Origin: Myxococcota bacterium
GTDB taxonomy: Bacteria; Myxococcota_A; UBA796; SXON01
Length of the DNA: 64,000 nucleotides
Direction of reading: 5' to 3'
Assembly (NCBI GenBank): GCA_040386535.1
Contig: JAZKFH010000018.1
Coordinates: 32,001-96,000, forward strand
Every line of letters begins with the position of its first letter. Position 1 is the first letter of the stretch. Position numbers and translations under genes: made by a program. The notes beneath the pieces were generated by a model. It was not told the origin of the DNA. It did no database searches and worked only from the letters and a program-made list of their open reading frames with translations. This document shows, in pieces, positions 19,560 to 40,271 of the stretch.

Positions 19560-19578
19560 GGGTTCGCTCCCGCTCTGC

Positions 19579-19764
19579 CTACCAGCTGGCCTTCATGACA
19601 CCGGGGATTTCGCCCTTGAGCGAAAGCGACCGGAAGCAGATACGGCACATGTTGAACTTGCGAAGGAAAGCACGCGGCCGCCCACAGAGGGGGCAACGGT
19701 TCTTCTGGCGCACCGCGAACTTGGGCGTACGCTTGGCGCGCGCGATTTGCGACTTCTTAGCCAC
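19579..19764 (-). CDS. rpsN: 30S ribosomal protein S14, Zn-binding type Z
   Basis: GTG start; RCPLCGRPR...MCRICFR, GVMKASW. Confidence 0.96.
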   Translation of the reverse strand: MAKKSQIARAKRTPKFAVRQKNRCPLCGRPRAFLRKFNMCRICFRSLSLKGEIPGVMKASW

Positions 19765-19775
19765 TGTTTCCTCCC

Positions 19776-20321
19776 TTACTGCCGGAACGGGATGCCGATC
19801 GAACGGAGCAGGGCCCGCCCTTCGACATCGTTCTCGGCGGTGGTGACGAACGCGATGTTCATCCCGGTCACCTTCGACACGCGGTCGTAGTTGATCTCGG
19901 GAAAGATGATCTGTTCGGTGACGCCCAACGAGTAGTTCCCGCGGCCGTCGAAGGCCTTGGGGTTCACACCACGGAAGTCGCGCACGCGCGGCAACGAGAT
20001 GTGAATCAGGCGGTCGAGGAACTCCCACATGCGCGCGCCACGCAACGTCACGCGCGCACCGATGGGCATTCCCTCACGAAGTTTGAAGTTAGCGATCGAC
20101 TTGCGGGCGCGCCGGATCTGGGCCTTCTGGCCGGTGATCAGGGCGAGCTCCTCCGCCGCGGTCTCGAGAAGCTTCACGTTTTGCGTGGCTTCCTTGATCG
20201 AGGCGTTGAGTACAATCTTCTCGAGGCGGGGCACCTTCATCACGTTGGAATACCCGAACTCCGTGAGGAGCGCGGGCACCACCGACGTGTGGTAGTGCTT
20301 CTTGAGGCGGGTGTCGGCCAT
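19776..20321 (-). CDS. rplE: 50S ribosomal protein L5
   Basis: [30 protein letters not shown]. Confidence 0.98.
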   Translation of the reverse strand: MADTRLKKHYHTSVVPALLTEFGYSNVMKVPRLEKIVLNASIKEATQNVKLLETAAEELALITGQKAQIRRARKSIANFKLREGMPIGARVTLRGARMWEFLDRLIHISLPRVRDFRGVNPKAFDGRGNYSLGVTEQIIFPEINYDRVSKVTGMNIAFVTTAENDVEGRALLRSIGIPFRQ

Positions 20322-20333
20322 GACTCTATCTCC

Positions 20334-20651
20334 TCAGACCGTGGCGCCGGTCTTCCGGTCGACGCGCACCTTGGTGCCGTCTTCCTGGACCTTGTAGCCA
20401 ACCTTGACGCGACGACCCTCGGTAGCGTTCCACAGCGCGACGTTCGACACGTCGATCGCTGCTTCCTTCTCGACGATCGAACCTGCCTGCTGGCCCTGGG
20501 CCTTCACGTGGCGCTTGACCATCGCGACGCCCTCGACAACCAGGCGATTGTCCTCCGGCAACACGCGCAAGACCTTGCCGATCTTGCCCTTGTTCTTGCC
20601 GGAGATGACGACGACATTGTCGTCGCGGCGAATCTTCAACTTGGTCTTCAT
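20334..20651 (-). CDS. rplX: 50S ribosomal protein L24
   Basis: KOW motif [28 protein letters not shown]. Confidence 0.96.
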   Translation of the reverse strand: MKTKLKIRRDDNVVVISGKNKGKIGKVLRVLPEDNRLVVEGVAMVKRHVKAQGQQAGSIVEKEAAIDVSNVALWNATEGRRVKVGYKVQEDGTKVRVDRKTGATV

Positions 20652-21019
20652 CACAGCACCTCAGGGGCCAGTGCCACGATCTTCATGTACTGACGGCCGC
20701 GAAGCTCGCGTGCCACAGGCCCGAAGATGCGGGTTCCCACCGGCTCACCCTTACTGTCGATCAGAACTGCGGAGTTCGTATCGAAACGGATGTAGGTCCC
20801 GTCGGCGCGGCGAATTTCCTTCGCGGTGCGAACGATGACGGCCTTGTGCACGTCACCCTTCTTGACCTTGCCGTTGGGGATGGCTTCCTTCACACTTACG
20901 ACGATGATGTCGCCGATGGAAGCGTACTTGCGCTTGCTTCCGCCGAGCACCTTGATGCACTGGACCCGGCGCGCGCCGGAGTTGTCCGCTACATCGAGGT
21001 TGGATTGCATCTGGATCAT
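20651..21019 (-). CDS. rplN: 50S ribosomal protein L14
   Basis: [21 protein letters not shown]. Confidence 0.98.
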   Translation of the reverse strand: MIQMQSNLDVADNSGARRVQCIKVLGGSKRKYASIGDIIVVSVKEAIPNGKVKKGDVHKAVIVRTAKEIRRADGTYIRFDTNSAVLIDSKGEPVGTRIFGPVARELRGRQYMKIVALAPEVL

Positions 21020-21041
21020 GGTCTAGTCCTCCCGGCGCCGT

Positions 21042-21308
21042 TCAGGACTGCGCCGGAATGCGCTCGACCAGAGTCCAGCGCTTGTGGCGGGACAGCGGCC
21101 GGCATTCCTCGATGATCACCACGTCGTCGACGTTGCAGGAATTCTGCTCGTCGTGCGCCTGGAAGGTGCGCATGCGCGTGATGTACTTGCGGTACTTCTT
21201 GTGCTTCACGGTACGCTCGACCGCGACCACGATGGTCTTATCCATCTTGCTGGACACGACCTTACCGCGCACCTGGCGGCGACGGCCAGTGGAGTTCTCG
21301 TCCGACAT
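21042..21308 (-). CDS. rpsQ: 30S ribosomal protein S17
   Basis: [24 protein letters not shown]. Confidence 0.97.
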   Translation of the reverse strand: MSDENSTGRRRQVRGKVVSSKMDKTIVVAVERTVKHKKYRKYITRMRTFQAHDEQNSCNVDDVVIIEECRPLSRHKRWTLVERIPAQS

Positions 21309-21422
21309 CTCTCACCTATTGAGCCCGGACAAGCCGGTATTTGAAGAGGACGCCGCGGGTCTCCACTTCCGTGGACGCCGCGGTGGGGCAAGGCGCTTTT
21401 GACGCCCCGCCCGGAGACTCAC

Positions 21423-21451
21423 CTATTAGTCTACCGACTCGCGGCTGTCAA
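21423..21451 (-). promoter_or_regulatory. Putative internal promoter at the 3' end of rpmC
   Basis: TTGACA-N17-TAATAG on the minus strand. Confidence 0.5.
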
Positions 21452-21749
21452 GAATCCCTTTGAGGAAGTCGTCGCCAGCTCCACCTTCCGCAGCTGCGCC
21501 ACGGACGGGGGTGAAGGAAGAGCGATGACGAGCCTTGAGGGACCCGCGCTGCAAGCCGGCATCACGCTCGCGCGAGACGAGAAGCGTCTGCGCACGCGCG
21601 ATGTCGCGACGGGTGTTCTTCAGGACGCTGGTGTTCTCGAGCTGTCCGAGACGATGACGGAACGTGTGTGCCATCATCGTACGTTCGAGCTCGAGCTCCT
21701 TGTGCACGAGGGCCTCGTCGCCGAGGCTCGCGAGTTCGTCGATCTTCAT
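21426..21749 (-). CDS. rpmC: 50S ribosomal protein L29 with C-terminal extension
   Basis: GQLENTS...RRDIARAQT; position between rplP and rpsQ; 107 aa. Confidence 0.9.
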   Translation of the reverse strand: MKIDELASLGDEALVHKELELERTMMAHTFRHRLGQLENTSVLKNTRRDIARAQTLLVSRERDAGLQRGSLKARHRSSFTPVRGAAAEGGAGDDFLKGILDSRESVD

Positions 21750-22165
21750 CCGATCACCTCTTCCCGCTTGATGACGCGGGTGTGAAGGGGGAGCTTGTGA
21801 CCAGCGAGGCGCAGTGCCTCTCGTGCCACTTCTTCGGGAACGCCCTCGAGCTCGTAGAGCACGCGACCGGGACGCACGACGGCGACCCAGTACTCGGGAG
21901 CTCCCTTGCCCGTACCCATTCGGGTCTCGGCGGGCTTCTTCGTGACCGGCTTGTCCGGGAACACGCGGATCCAGATCTTGCCGCCGCGCTTCACGTGGCG
22001 GGTGAGCGCAATTCGCGCCGCCTCGATCTGCCGGGAGGTGAGCCAGCCCGACGTAACGGCCTGAAGGCCGTAATCGCCGAAGCTCACGTCACCGCCCCGA
22101 TAGGCAAGACCGCGCGTACGGCCCTTCTGGACCTTGCGGAACTTTACTCGCTTGGGGGAAAGCAT
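21746..22165 (-). CDS. rplP: 50S ribosomal protein L16
   Basis: [18 protein letters not shown]. Confidence 0.98.
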   Translation of the reverse strand: MLSPKRVKFRKVQKGRTRGLAYRGGDVSFGDYGLQAVTSGWLTSRQIEAARIALTRHVKRGGKIWIRVFPDKPVTKKPAETRMGTGKGAPEYWVAVVRPGRVLYELEGVPEEVAREALRLAGHKLPLHTRVIKREEVIG

Positions 22166-22187
22166 TGTCTACCTCTGCTGCCGCGTA

Positions 22188-22214
22188 GGGTCAGAGCGAA
22201 GGGGTCAGAGCGAA
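22188..22214. repeat. 13-bp tandem duplication of the rpsC 3' end
   Basis: GGGTCAGAGCGAA at 22188-22200 and 22202-22214. Confidence 0.8.
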
Positions 22215-22852
22215 CGGTCTTCGTCGCCGGGCATGATCTCGCCCTTGAAGATCCAGACCTTGACGCCGATTACGCCATAGGTGGTGCGGGCTTCGGCCAG
22301 GCCGTAGTCCACGTCGGCACGAAGCGTGTGAAGGGGAACGCGGCCCTCGCGGTACCACTCGGTGCGGCTCATCTCCGCGCCGCCGAGGCGGCCGGAGCAC
22401 ATCACCTTGATGCCCTTGGCGCCGGCCTTCTTGGACTGCTGCATCGCCTTCTTCATCGCGCGACGGAAGCTGACACGCTTCTCGAGTTGCGCCGCGATGT
22501 TCTCGGCGACCAGGAGCGCGTCCGTGTCGACCTTGCGCACTTCCATGACGTTGAGGAAAACCTCCGTCTGGACGAGCTTCTGCAGGTCGATACGGAGCTG
22601 GTCGAGACCACGCGCCCGCTTGTCGATGATCACCCCGGGCTTCGCCGCGTGGATGTAGACCTTCGCCTTGTTCGCGGCACGCTCGATGCGGATCTTGCTC
22701 ACGCCGGCGACGTAGAGCTTCTCCTTGAGGTACCGACGAATCTGGATGTCTTCGTGGAGGAAGCGCTGATAGTCGCGCTCGGCGAACCACTTGGACTCCC
22801 AGGGCCGCGTGATACCGACGCGGAAGCCGATCGGATTGACCTTCTGTCCCAT
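22205..22852 (-). CDS. rpsC: 30S ribosomal protein S3
   Basis: [21 protein letters not shown]. Confidence 0.98.
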   Translation of the reverse strand: MGQKVNPIGFRVGITRPWESKWFAERDYQRFLHEDIQIRRYLKEKLYVAGVSKIRIERAANKAKVYIHAAKPGVIIDKRARGLDQLRIDLQKLVQTEVFLNVMEVRKVDTDALLVAENIAAQLEKRVSFRRAMKKAMQQSKKAGAKGIKVMCSGRLGGAEMSRTEWYREGRVPLHTLRADVDYGLAEARTTYGVIGVKVWIFKGEIMPGDEDRSL

Positions 22853-22861
22853 GGGGAACTC

Positions 22862-23209
22862 CTAACGGACGTCGAGAACGACAGTGATGTGGGCGGTCTT
22901 CTTCTGGATCGGGGTGGCCCGGCCCTGCGCGCGCGGGCGAAACCGCCGAAGCATCGCGCCCTGGTCGACGTGAATGGTCTTCACGTACAGACCGTCGATG
23001 TCCAGCTGCCGGCTCGCCCGCCCGGCGGCGTGCTCGGCGTTGGCCATCGCAGATTCGACGAGCCGCTTGATCATCGGCGCCGTCTTCTTGGGAAGGAACG
23101 AAAGGATCTCCAGAGCCTCACCCGCGCCGCGGCCACGGATCAGGTCAGCGACCAGACGTGCCTTCTGGGGGGAGACTCGGGCGAACCGAAGGATGGCAGT
23201 CGATTCCAT
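22862..23209 (-). CDS. rplV: 50S ribosomal protein L22
   Basis: SPQKARLVADLIRG, PRAQGRA. Confidence 0.96.
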   Translation of the reverse strand: MESTAILRFARVSPQKARLVADLIRGRGAGEALEILSFLPKKTAPMIKRLVESAMANAEHAAGRASRQLDIDGLYVKTIHVDQGAMLRRFRPRAQGRATPIQKKTAHITVVLDVR

Positions 23210-23266
23210 GGACTCACTCGATGGTGGCCGCCAGTCCACGTGGACCGGCGCCGACCGGAAACAGGT

Positions 23267-23542
23267 TCAGCGGACCTTGGTCTTTCGGTCCGCGGCGTGC
23301 CCGTAGAAGGTACGCGTCGCCGCGAACTCCCCGAACTTGTGCCCGACCATGTTCTCCGAGACGTACACCGGGACGAACTTCTTGCCGTTGTGCACGGCGA
23401 AGGTCAGCCCGATGAAGTCAGGGATCACCGTGGAGCGACGGCTCCACGTCTTGATCACGCGGCCACCGCCAGCACGAGCAGCTGCGGCCTTGGCGATGAG
23501 GTACTGGTCGACGAACGGACCTTTCTTTACGGAACGCGCCAT
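23267..23542 (-). CDS. rpsS: 30S ribosomal protein S19
   Basis: [22 protein letters not shown]. Confidence 0.98.
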   Translation of the reverse strand: MARSVKKGPFVDQYLIAKAAAARAGGGRVIKTWSRRSTVIPDFIGLTFAVHNGKKFVPVYVSENMVGHKFGEFAATRTFYGHAADRKTKVR

Positions 23543-23551
23543 GGCTTCTCC

Positions 23552-24379
23552 CTACTTCTCACGCCGCTTGACGATGAACCGGCCGGACGGCTTCTTCCGG
23601 GACCGGGTCTTGTAGCCCTTGGTGGGCTTGCCCCATGGCGTAACTGGATGACGACCGCCCTTGGTGCGACCCTCGCCACCACCGTGCGGGTGGTCGATCG
23701 GGTTCATGGCGGTACCGCGAACGGCCGGGCGGTAACCCAACCAGCGCGCACGACCGGCCTTGCCGAGGACTGCGTTCTCGTGCTCGAGGTTGCCGACCTG
23801 CCCCACCGTCGCGTGGCACTCGGCCAACACGTTGCGGAGCTCGCCGGAGGGGAGGCGGAGAAGGACGTACTTGCCTTCCTTCGCCATCACCTGCGCGAAG
23901 CAGCCCGCCGAGCGGCAGATCTGCCCGCCGCGCCCGACCTTGAGCTCGACGTTGTGCACGAACGTACCGAGCGGGATCGCCGTGAGGCGCATCGCGTTGC
24001 CCGGCTTGATGTCCGCGGCGTCGCTCGCGACCACCGCATCACCGACGTTGATCCCGACCGGCGCGATGATGTAGCGCTTCTCGCCGTCCACATAGTGGAC
24101 GAGGGCGATGCGGGCGCTGCGGTTCGGATCGTACTCGATCGTCGCCACTGTTCCCGGCACTTCCATCTTGTCGCGGCGGAAGTCGATCACGCGGTAGCGG
24201 CGCTTGTGCCCGCCGCCCATATGACGCGACGTCATACGGCCCATGTTGTTGCGACCACCGGTGCGGCGGATCGGCTCCGTCAGCGCGCGGTGCGGGCTTT
24301 CCGCCGTCAGTTCCGCGAAGTCCGCGGTGACGAGGAAGCGGCGGCCCGGCGTATTGGCGCTGTAGCGCTTGGTACCCAT
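23552..24379 (-). CDS. rplB: 50S ribosomal protein L2
   Basis: [21 protein letters not shown]. Confidence 0.98.
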   Translation of the reverse strand: MGTKRYSANTPGRRFLVTADFAELTAESPHRALTEPIRRTGGRNNMGRMTSRHMGGGHKRRYRVIDFRRDKMEVPGTVATIEYDPNRSARIALVHYVDGEKRYIIAPVGINVGDAVVASDAADIKPGNAMRLTAIPLGTFVHNVELKVGRGGQICRSAGCFAQVMAKEGKYVLLRLPSGELRNVLAECHATVGQVGNLEHENAVLGKAGRARWLGYRPAVRGTAMNPIDHPHGGGEGRTKGGRHPVTPWGKPTKGYKTRSRKKPSGRFIVKRREK

Positions 24380-24380
24380 C

Positions 24381-24668
24381 TCAGGCCTCGAAGAAGTTGA
24401 GGGTGTGGCCAGACGCGAGCTTCACGTAGGCCTTCTTCCAGTTCGAACGCTTCCCGTAGAAGCGACCGAACCGCTTGAACTTACCGCGCACGCGCACCGT
24501 GCGAACATCCTCAACCTTGACGTTGAAGAAGCGCTCGATGGCCTGCTTGATCTCGTGCTTGTTCGCCGTCTCGCCGACCTCGAACACGTAGGTGTTCTCG
24601 GCGGCTTCGGCGGCGGCCGCCTTCTCGGTCACGAGAGGGCGGAGGATGATGTCGTGAAGCTCAGCCAT
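24381..24668 (-). CDS. rplW: 50S ribosomal protein L23
   Basis: [14 protein letters not shown]. Confidence 0.97.
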   Translation of the reverse strand: MAELHDIILRPLVTEKAAAAEAAENTYVFEVGETANKHEIKQAIERFFNVKVEDVRTVRVRGKFKRFGRFYGKRSNWKKAYVKLASGHTLNFFEA

Positions 24669-24671
24669 GAC

Positions 24672-25295
24672 TCACCTCGTCAGGCGCTCGACGATCGGGG
24701 CGATCGCGGGCGCGGTGAGAGCGATGTTGCGGTGCCGGAGGATGTCGTAGACATTCAGACCGGCAACGGGGAGGACGGTGACGCCCGGGATGTTGCGGGA
24801 CGCCAGACGGACCGCGAGGTCCTCGTGCGGCACCACCAACAGGAGGCTCTCGAAACCGAAGCTCTCGAGGAAGGTGCGGAAGTGCTTGGTCTTCACTTCG
24901 GGCATCGCAACCTGGTCGAGCACGTAGAGCGCCTGCTCGCCGAGACGGCGAGAAAGAGCGCTACGCAGCGCCGCGCGGCGCACCTTCTTCGGCAGCTGGA
25001 ACGCGTGGCTGCGGGGATGCGGTCCGAAGACCACACCACCGCCGCGCCAGTGCGGCGCCCGCGAGGAGCCCTGACGGGCCCGACCGGTGCCCTTCTGGCG
25101 CCAGGGCTTCTTACCACCGCCCGCGACCATGGCGCGCTGCTTGGTAGCATGCGTGCCTGAGCGCCGGGCGGCGAGCTGATAGCGGACGACCATGTGAAAG
25201 AGATGCTCTTTCACGTCGGTCGAGAAGACCCGTTCGTCCAGCTCGACAGTGCCGAGCTTCTCACGGGAAGAATTGTACAGATCAACCACAGGCAT
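24672..25295 (-). CDS. rplD: 50S ribosomal protein L4
   Basis: KPWRQKGTGRARQGS, WRGGG..FGP; AGGAGG RBS. Confidence 0.97.
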   Translation of the reverse strand: MPVVDLYNSSREKLGTVELDERVFSTDVKEHLFHMVVRYQLAARRSGTHATKQRAMVAGGGKKPWRQKGTGRARQGSSRAPHWRGGGVVFGPHPRSHAFQLPKKVRRAALRSALSRRLGEQALYVLDQVAMPEVKTKHFRTFLESFGFESLLLVVPHEDLAVRLASRNIPGVTVLPVAGLNVYDILRHRNIALTAPAIAPIVERLTR

Positions 25296-25324
25296 GAATG
25301 CCTCCTGTTCCCACGAGACGACGC

Positions 25325-25639
<315 letters not shown>

Positions 25640-25648
25640 TGGTCTTCC

Positions 25649-26839
<1,191 letters not shown>

Positions 26840-26855
26840 GGTGGTCCCCTTGGAT

Positions 26856-28934
26856 TCAGTACCCGCGAAGCCGTGCCACGATCTCCTGGGAGACGTTGGC
26901 AGGGACATCCGCGTATCGTTCAAACTGCATGGTGAAGGAGGCCCGCCCCTGTGTGGCAGACCGTAGATCTGTCGCGTACCCGAACATGGACGCCAGCGGG
27001 ACATCAGCCCCGATGACCTGCGCCCCTGGGCGCGCTTCCATCCGGTTCACGGCGCCACGGCGACCCGATAGGTCTCCGATGACCGCGCCCGTATACTCTT
27101 CCGGGACAGAAATTTCAACTTTCATGATCGGTTCCAGGAGAATTGGCGCGGCGGCCCGCACCGCGTCCTGAACCGCCATCGATCCCGCGACGCGGAATGC
27201 GATGTCGCTGGAGTCGACCTCGTGGAACGAGCCGTCGAACAGCGAGCACTTCACGTCCACCAACGGGAAGCCTGCAAGGACTCCCCTATCCATGGACTCG
27301 CGGCACCCGTCGAGGGCCGGCTTGATGAACTCCTTGGGGATCGAACCGCCGACGGTCACGTCGACGAAGCTGTTCCCCGCCCCAGACGGTGCAGGCTCGA
27401 CCCGCACCTTCACGTGGCCGTACTGGCCCCGGCCACCGGTCTGGCGCTTGAAGATCCCTTCCGCCTCCGCAACGGCCGACACGGTCTCCCGGTAGGCGAC
27501 CTGCGGACGCCCGACCTGGCACTGCACCTTGAACTCGCGGTCCAGCCGGTCACAGATGATCTCGAGATGGAGCTCGCCCATCCCGGCGATGATCGTCTGT
27601 CCGCTGTCCTTGTCGAGCTTCACGCGGAAGGTGGGGTCCTCTTCCATCAGCTTGCCGAGGGCCGCCGTGAGCTTCTCCTCGTCCACCTTGGTCATCGGTT
27701 CGATGGCCATCCAGATGACCGGCTCGGGGAACGTCATGGCCTCCATGACGATCGGCTGCTTCTGGTCGCAGAGGGTGTCGCCAGTGGCGACCTGCCGCAG
27801 GCCGGCTGCCGCGACGATGTTTCCCGCGGTGGCGACAGTAATGTCGTCACGCTTGTTCGCGTGCATCTGCAGGAGGCGTCCAACGCGCTCCCGCTTGCCC
27901 GTGCGCGGATTCAGCGCCACGGATCCGGATTCGATCTTGCCCGAGTAGATGCGTAGATACGTCAGCGTACCGACGTAGGAGTCGGTCTGCACCTTGAAGG
28001 CGAGCGCACAGAACGGCTCGTCTTCGCTGGGCTTCCGCGTGAGGGTCTTGGTCTCGTCGTTCGGGTCCCGGCCCTGCACCGGCGGGAGATCCAGCGGGCT
28101 CGGCAGGTAGTCGACCACGGCATCCAGCAGCGGCTGGACGCCCTTGTTCTTGAAGGCCGAGCCACAGAACACGGGGACGCAGATGCCCGCGTTCACGCTG
28201 CGACGCGCAGCCAGCTTCAGGCGGTCCTCCGGAATGGGGCGGCCTTCGAGGTAGGCCTCGAGGACCTCCTCGTCCTCTGCAGCGACCGCGTCCAGGAGTC
28301 GCTCGCGCGCCTCCTCGGCTTCGAGCTGCAGGTCTTCCGGGATGGGCGCCTCGCGGTACGAGGCCCCCAGCGCAGCGTCGTCCCAGAGGAGGGCAACCAT
28401 GCGCACGATATCGATGACCCCGCGGAACTGGTCCGCCTCCCCTACGGGAAGCTGGAACGGCACGGGGTTGGCGCCGAGGCGCACGCGGATGGACTCCACA
28501 GCGGCGGCGAAGTCGGCGCCGACGCGATCCATCTTGTTGATGAACGCGATCCGGGGGACGTGGTATCGCTCCGCCTGCTTCCAGACGGTCTCGCTCTGGG
28601 ACTCCACGCCCTCCACCGCCGTGAACACGGCGATGGCTCCGTCGAGCACACGCAGCGACCGTTCGACCTCGATTGTGAAGTCGACGTGGCCCGGTGTGTC
28701 GATGATGTTGACGCGATGGTCCCGCCAGTGGCACGTAGTGGCCGCTGACGTGATGGTGATCCCGCGCTCGCGCTCCTGGATCATCCAGTCCATCACGGCC
28801 GAGCCGAAATGGACCTCACCCATCGCGTGCGACACCCCGGTGTAGAAGAGGATGCGCTCGGTGAGCGTAGTCTTCCCCGCATCAATGTGGGCCATGATGC
28901 CGATGTTGCGGAGGGTGGCGAGGTCGCTCTGCAT
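26856..28934 (-). CDS. fusA: Elongation factor G
   Basis: [36 protein letters not shown]. Confidence 0.96.
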   Translation of the reverse strand: MQSDLATLRNIGIMAHIDAGKTTLTERILFYTGVSHAMGEVHFGSAVMDWMIQERERGITITSAATTCHWRDHRVNIIDTPGHVDFTIEVERSLRVLDGAIAVFTAVEGVESQSETVWKQAERYHVPRIAFINKMDRVGADFAAAVESIRVRLGANPVPFQLPVGEADQFRGVIDIVRMVALLWDDAALGASYREAPIPEDLQLEAEEARERLLDAVAAEDEEVLEAYLEGRPIPEDRLKLAARRSVNAGICVPVFCGSAFKNKGVQPLLDAVVDYLPSPLDLPPVQGRDPNDETKTLTRKPSEDEPFCALAFKVQTDSYVGTLTYLRIYSGKIESGSVALNPRTGKRERVGRLLQMHANKRDDITVATAGNIVAAAGLRQVATGDTLCDQKQPIVMEAMTFPEPVIWMAIEPMTKVDEEKLTAALGKLMEEDPTFRVKLDKDSGQTIIAGMGELHLEIICDRLDREFKVQCQVGRPQVAYRETVSAVAEAEGIFKRQTGGRGQYGHVKVRVEPAPSGAGNSFVDVTVGGSIPKEFIKPALDGCRESMDRGVLAGFPLVDVKCSLFDGSFHEVDSSDIAFRVAGSMAVQDAVRAAAPILLEPIMKVEISVPEEYTGAVIGDLSGRRGAVNRMEARPGAQVIGADVPLASMFGYATDLRSATQGRASFTMQFERYADVPANVSQEIVARLRGY

Positions 28935-28949
28935 GGTGTTCGCGCGTTG

Positions 28950-28980
28950 GGTCTCCGGCTCCCAAAGGGAGCCGGAGACC
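28950..28980. other. Perfect 14-bp hairpin in the rpsG-fusA spacer
   Basis: GGTCTCCGGCTCCC-AAA-GGGAGCCGGAGACC, 15 nt upstream of the fusA start. Confidence 0.8.
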
Positions 28981-29163
28981 TACCGTCAAACGTGCCGGTC
29001 AGGTGATTTCGCTCTGCTGATAGGGATCGTCGCCACCCGGGAAGCTGGTCATGGCTCCTGTTTGCGAGGGACGATCTACCGATCTACGGTGCGAAGGCTG
29101 TTCGGATACGATTGTTGGGCGGGCGCCCTCCTGGGAGCGAGAGTGGACGAGAGTGGGCCAGTA

Positions 29164-29634
29164 CTACCAGCGGTAGTGACTGAACGCCTTGTTCGCTTCG
29201 GCCATACGATGCACGTCGTCGCGCTTCTTCACGGCATTCCCGCGGTTGTGCGACGCTTCCATGATCTCGTTGGCGAGCTTGTCGCGCATGGTCTTGCCGG
29301 ACCGCTCACGCGAGTAGTCCACCATCCAGCGCATCGCGAGCGACATGCGACGCTCGGGGCGCACTTCGACAGGCACCTGGTAGTTGGCGCCGCCGACGCG
29401 GCGGGACTTGACTTCGACCATGGGCTGGCAGGCCTCGAGCGCGCGGCGGAACACCTTGAGGGGCTCCTCACGGGTACGCTCGGCGACGATCTCGAGGGCG
29501 CCGTAGACGATGTCTTCGGCGACGGCCTTCTTGCCGTCCTCCATGACGATCGCCATGAAACGGGTGATCAACTCGTCCCCGAACACGGGATCGGGAAGGA
29601 CGGGGCGCTTGGCTACTACACGACGACGGGGCAT
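29164..29634 (-). CDS. rpsG: 30S ribosomal protein S7
   Basis: [25 protein letters not shown]. Confidence 0.98.
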   Translation of the reverse strand: MPRRRVVAKRPVLPDPVFGDELITRFMAIVMEDGKKAVAEDIVYGALEIVAERTREEPLKVFRRALEACQPMVEVKSRRVGGANYQVPVEVRPERRMSLAMRWMVDYSRERSGKTMRDKLANEIMEASHNRGNAVKKRDDVHRMAEANKAFSHYRW

Positions 29635-29643
29635 CGGCTACCT

Positions 29644-30018
29644 CTACTTCTTCGGGCGCTTGGCGCCGTACTTGGACCGGCCCTGGCGCCGGCTGTTGAC
29701 GCCCTGGGTGTCCAGGGTGCCGCGGATGATGTGGTAACGGACGCCAGGAAGGTCCTTCACGCGGCCGCCGCGAATGAGCACGGAGGAGTGCTCCTGGAGG
29801 TTGTGGCCTTCACCGGGGATGTAGGAGGTGACCTCCATCCCGTTGGTGAGACGCACACGCGCGACCTTGCGGAGCGCGGAGTTCGGCTTCTTCGGCGTGG
29901 TGGTGTACACGCGAGTGCACACGCCGCGCTTCTGAGGGCAGGCCTTCAAGGCCGGCGAAGCCGTCTTCGCGGCAAGGTTCTCGCGACCCTTGCGGATGAG
30001 CTGATTGATTGTCGGCAT
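29644..30018 (-). CDS. rpsL: 30S ribosomal protein S12
   Basis: [28 protein letters not shown]. Confidence 0.99.
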   Translation of the reverse strand: MPTINQLIRKGRENLAAKTASPALKACPQKRGVCTRVYTTTPKKPNSALRKVARVRLTNGMEVTSYIPGEGHNLQEHSSVLIRGGRVKDLPGVRYHIIRGTLDTQGVNSRRQGRSKYGAKRPKK

Positions 30019-30061
30019 CCTGTTCCCGTGAAAGCAGGGGCGGGGACCCCAAAGCCCCCGC

Positions 30062-30090
30062 CTCTTATGAGTTGGACAGTCGGTTGTCAA
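30062..30090 (-). promoter_or_regulatory. Putative str-operon promoter
   Basis: TTGACA-N17-TAAGAG between rpoC and rpsL. Confidence 0.6.
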
Positions 30091-30100
30091 CCGTCTGCGA

Positions 30101-34840
<4,740 letters not shown>

Positions 34841-34900
34841 GGAAACTCCCGGGGAAGTGATTCGGAGTGAGTCAGGAGAGATCGAGGGGGAAGAAGGCGG

Positions 34901-39076
<4,176 letters not shown>

Positions 39077-39266
39077 AGGTGAGCTCCTTTCGGGCAGCCG
39101 CGCGTTCGTTGCGGGCCACCATGGATTCGATGCGATCGCGTTCGTGTGTTTCGGACGGGACACCTCGGCAGCTGCACGACGTCAGCATTGGCGAGGATTG
39201 GGTCGAGCCGTCTGGTGCAGCTCGAAGGCCCGCGTCGCCCGTCCCATCACGGGGCGACGAGGGCTG

Positions 39267-39295
39267 CGCGCCCCCGGCACGAGGCCGGGGGCGCG
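39267..39295. other. GC hairpin after rplL (possible attenuator or processing site before rpoB)
   Basis: CGCGCCCCCGGC-acgag-GCCGGGGGCGCG; no U-tract. Confidence 0.5.
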
Positions 39296-39306
39296 GGCGA
39301 CCGATG

Positions 39307-39690
39307 CTACTTGACCTCGACCTTCGCGCCGACTTCCTCGAGCGCCTTCTTGGCGGCCGCGGCGTCGTCCTTCGAGACGGCGGTCTTGACCGGCTTCGGC
39401 GCCGACTCGACGAGCTCCTTGGCTTCCTTGAGGCCGAGGTTCGTGAGCTGGCGGACGATCTTGATGACGTCGATCTTCTTGTCGCCGACGGCGGCGAGGA
39501 TCACGTCGAACTCGGTCTTCTCTTCGACAGGGGCCGCGGGGGCCGCCGCCGCACCACCACCGCCCGCCATGATGACGGGGGCGCTGGCCTTGACGCCGAG
39601 CTCGTTCTCAAGGGTCTCGATGAGGGCCTTGACCTCGGCGAGCTTGAGGTTCTTGATGTAGTCGACCACTTCGTTCTGGGAGAGAGACAT
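39307..39690 (-). CDS. rplL: 50S ribosomal protein L7/L12
   Basis: [19 protein letters not shown]. Confidence 0.98.
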   Translation of the reverse strand: MSLSQNEVVDYIKNLKLAEVKALIETLENELGVKASAPVIMAGGGGAAAAPAAPVEEKTEFDVILAAVGDKKIDVIKIVRQLTNLGLKEAKELVESAPKPVKTAVSKDDAAAAKKALEEVGAKVEVK

Positions 39691-39717
39691 AGGAAAAACC
39701 TCCAATGAGATTGAAAA

Positions 39718-40263
39718 TCAGGAAGCGGCGGCTTGATCCGCCTCAGCGACAGCGAGCTTGTCTTCGTAGTTCTTGAGGATCTGGACCAGGTCGCGCGCCG
39801 GCGCAGCGATGACGCTGACGATCTGGCGCGGGCCTTCCTGGATGGTCGCCAACAGCATGCTGAGCAGCTCTTCGCGCCCAGGAAGCTCGGAGACGATCTT
39901 GACGGCGTCGGCCTCGAGGAGGTCGCCGTCGAAGTACCCGGCGCGGACCTTCATGGTCGTCAGGGGCTTCAGCAGGTCACGGAGGACCTTGGCCGAGGCG
40001 ATCCCGTCAGGACCACTGAGCACCACGCCGATCATCCCCTTGAGGTGACCCTCGAGGCCGGTGAAGCCGATGTTGGTGAAGGCGCGGCGAGCGAGGGTGT
40101 TCTTCAACACCCGGAAGCCCATGCCGTTCTTCTCCAGATCGCGCCGGAACTGGTTGATGTCGGACACCTTCGTGCCGCGGAACTCGGTCAGCACGACGAA
40201 CGCCGAGCCGGAGGCCCGACCGCCGAACTGAGTGACCAGCTCCGCCTTTTCAGCTCGATTCAT
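39718..40263 (-). CDS. rplJ: 50S ribosomal protein L10
   Basis: MNRAEK, VLKNTLAR, LPGREEL; position between rplA and rplL. Confidence 0.95.
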   Translation of the reverse strand: MNRAEKAELVTQFGGRASGSAFVVLTEFRGTKVSDINQFRRDLEKNGMGFRVLKNTLARRAFTNIGFTGLEGHLKGMIGVVLSGPDGIASAKVLRDLLKPLTTMKVRAGYFDGDLLEADAVKIVSELPGREELLSMLLATIQEGPRQIVSVIAAPARDLVQILKNYEDKLAVAEADQAAAS

Positions 40264-40271
40264 GGTTCCTC

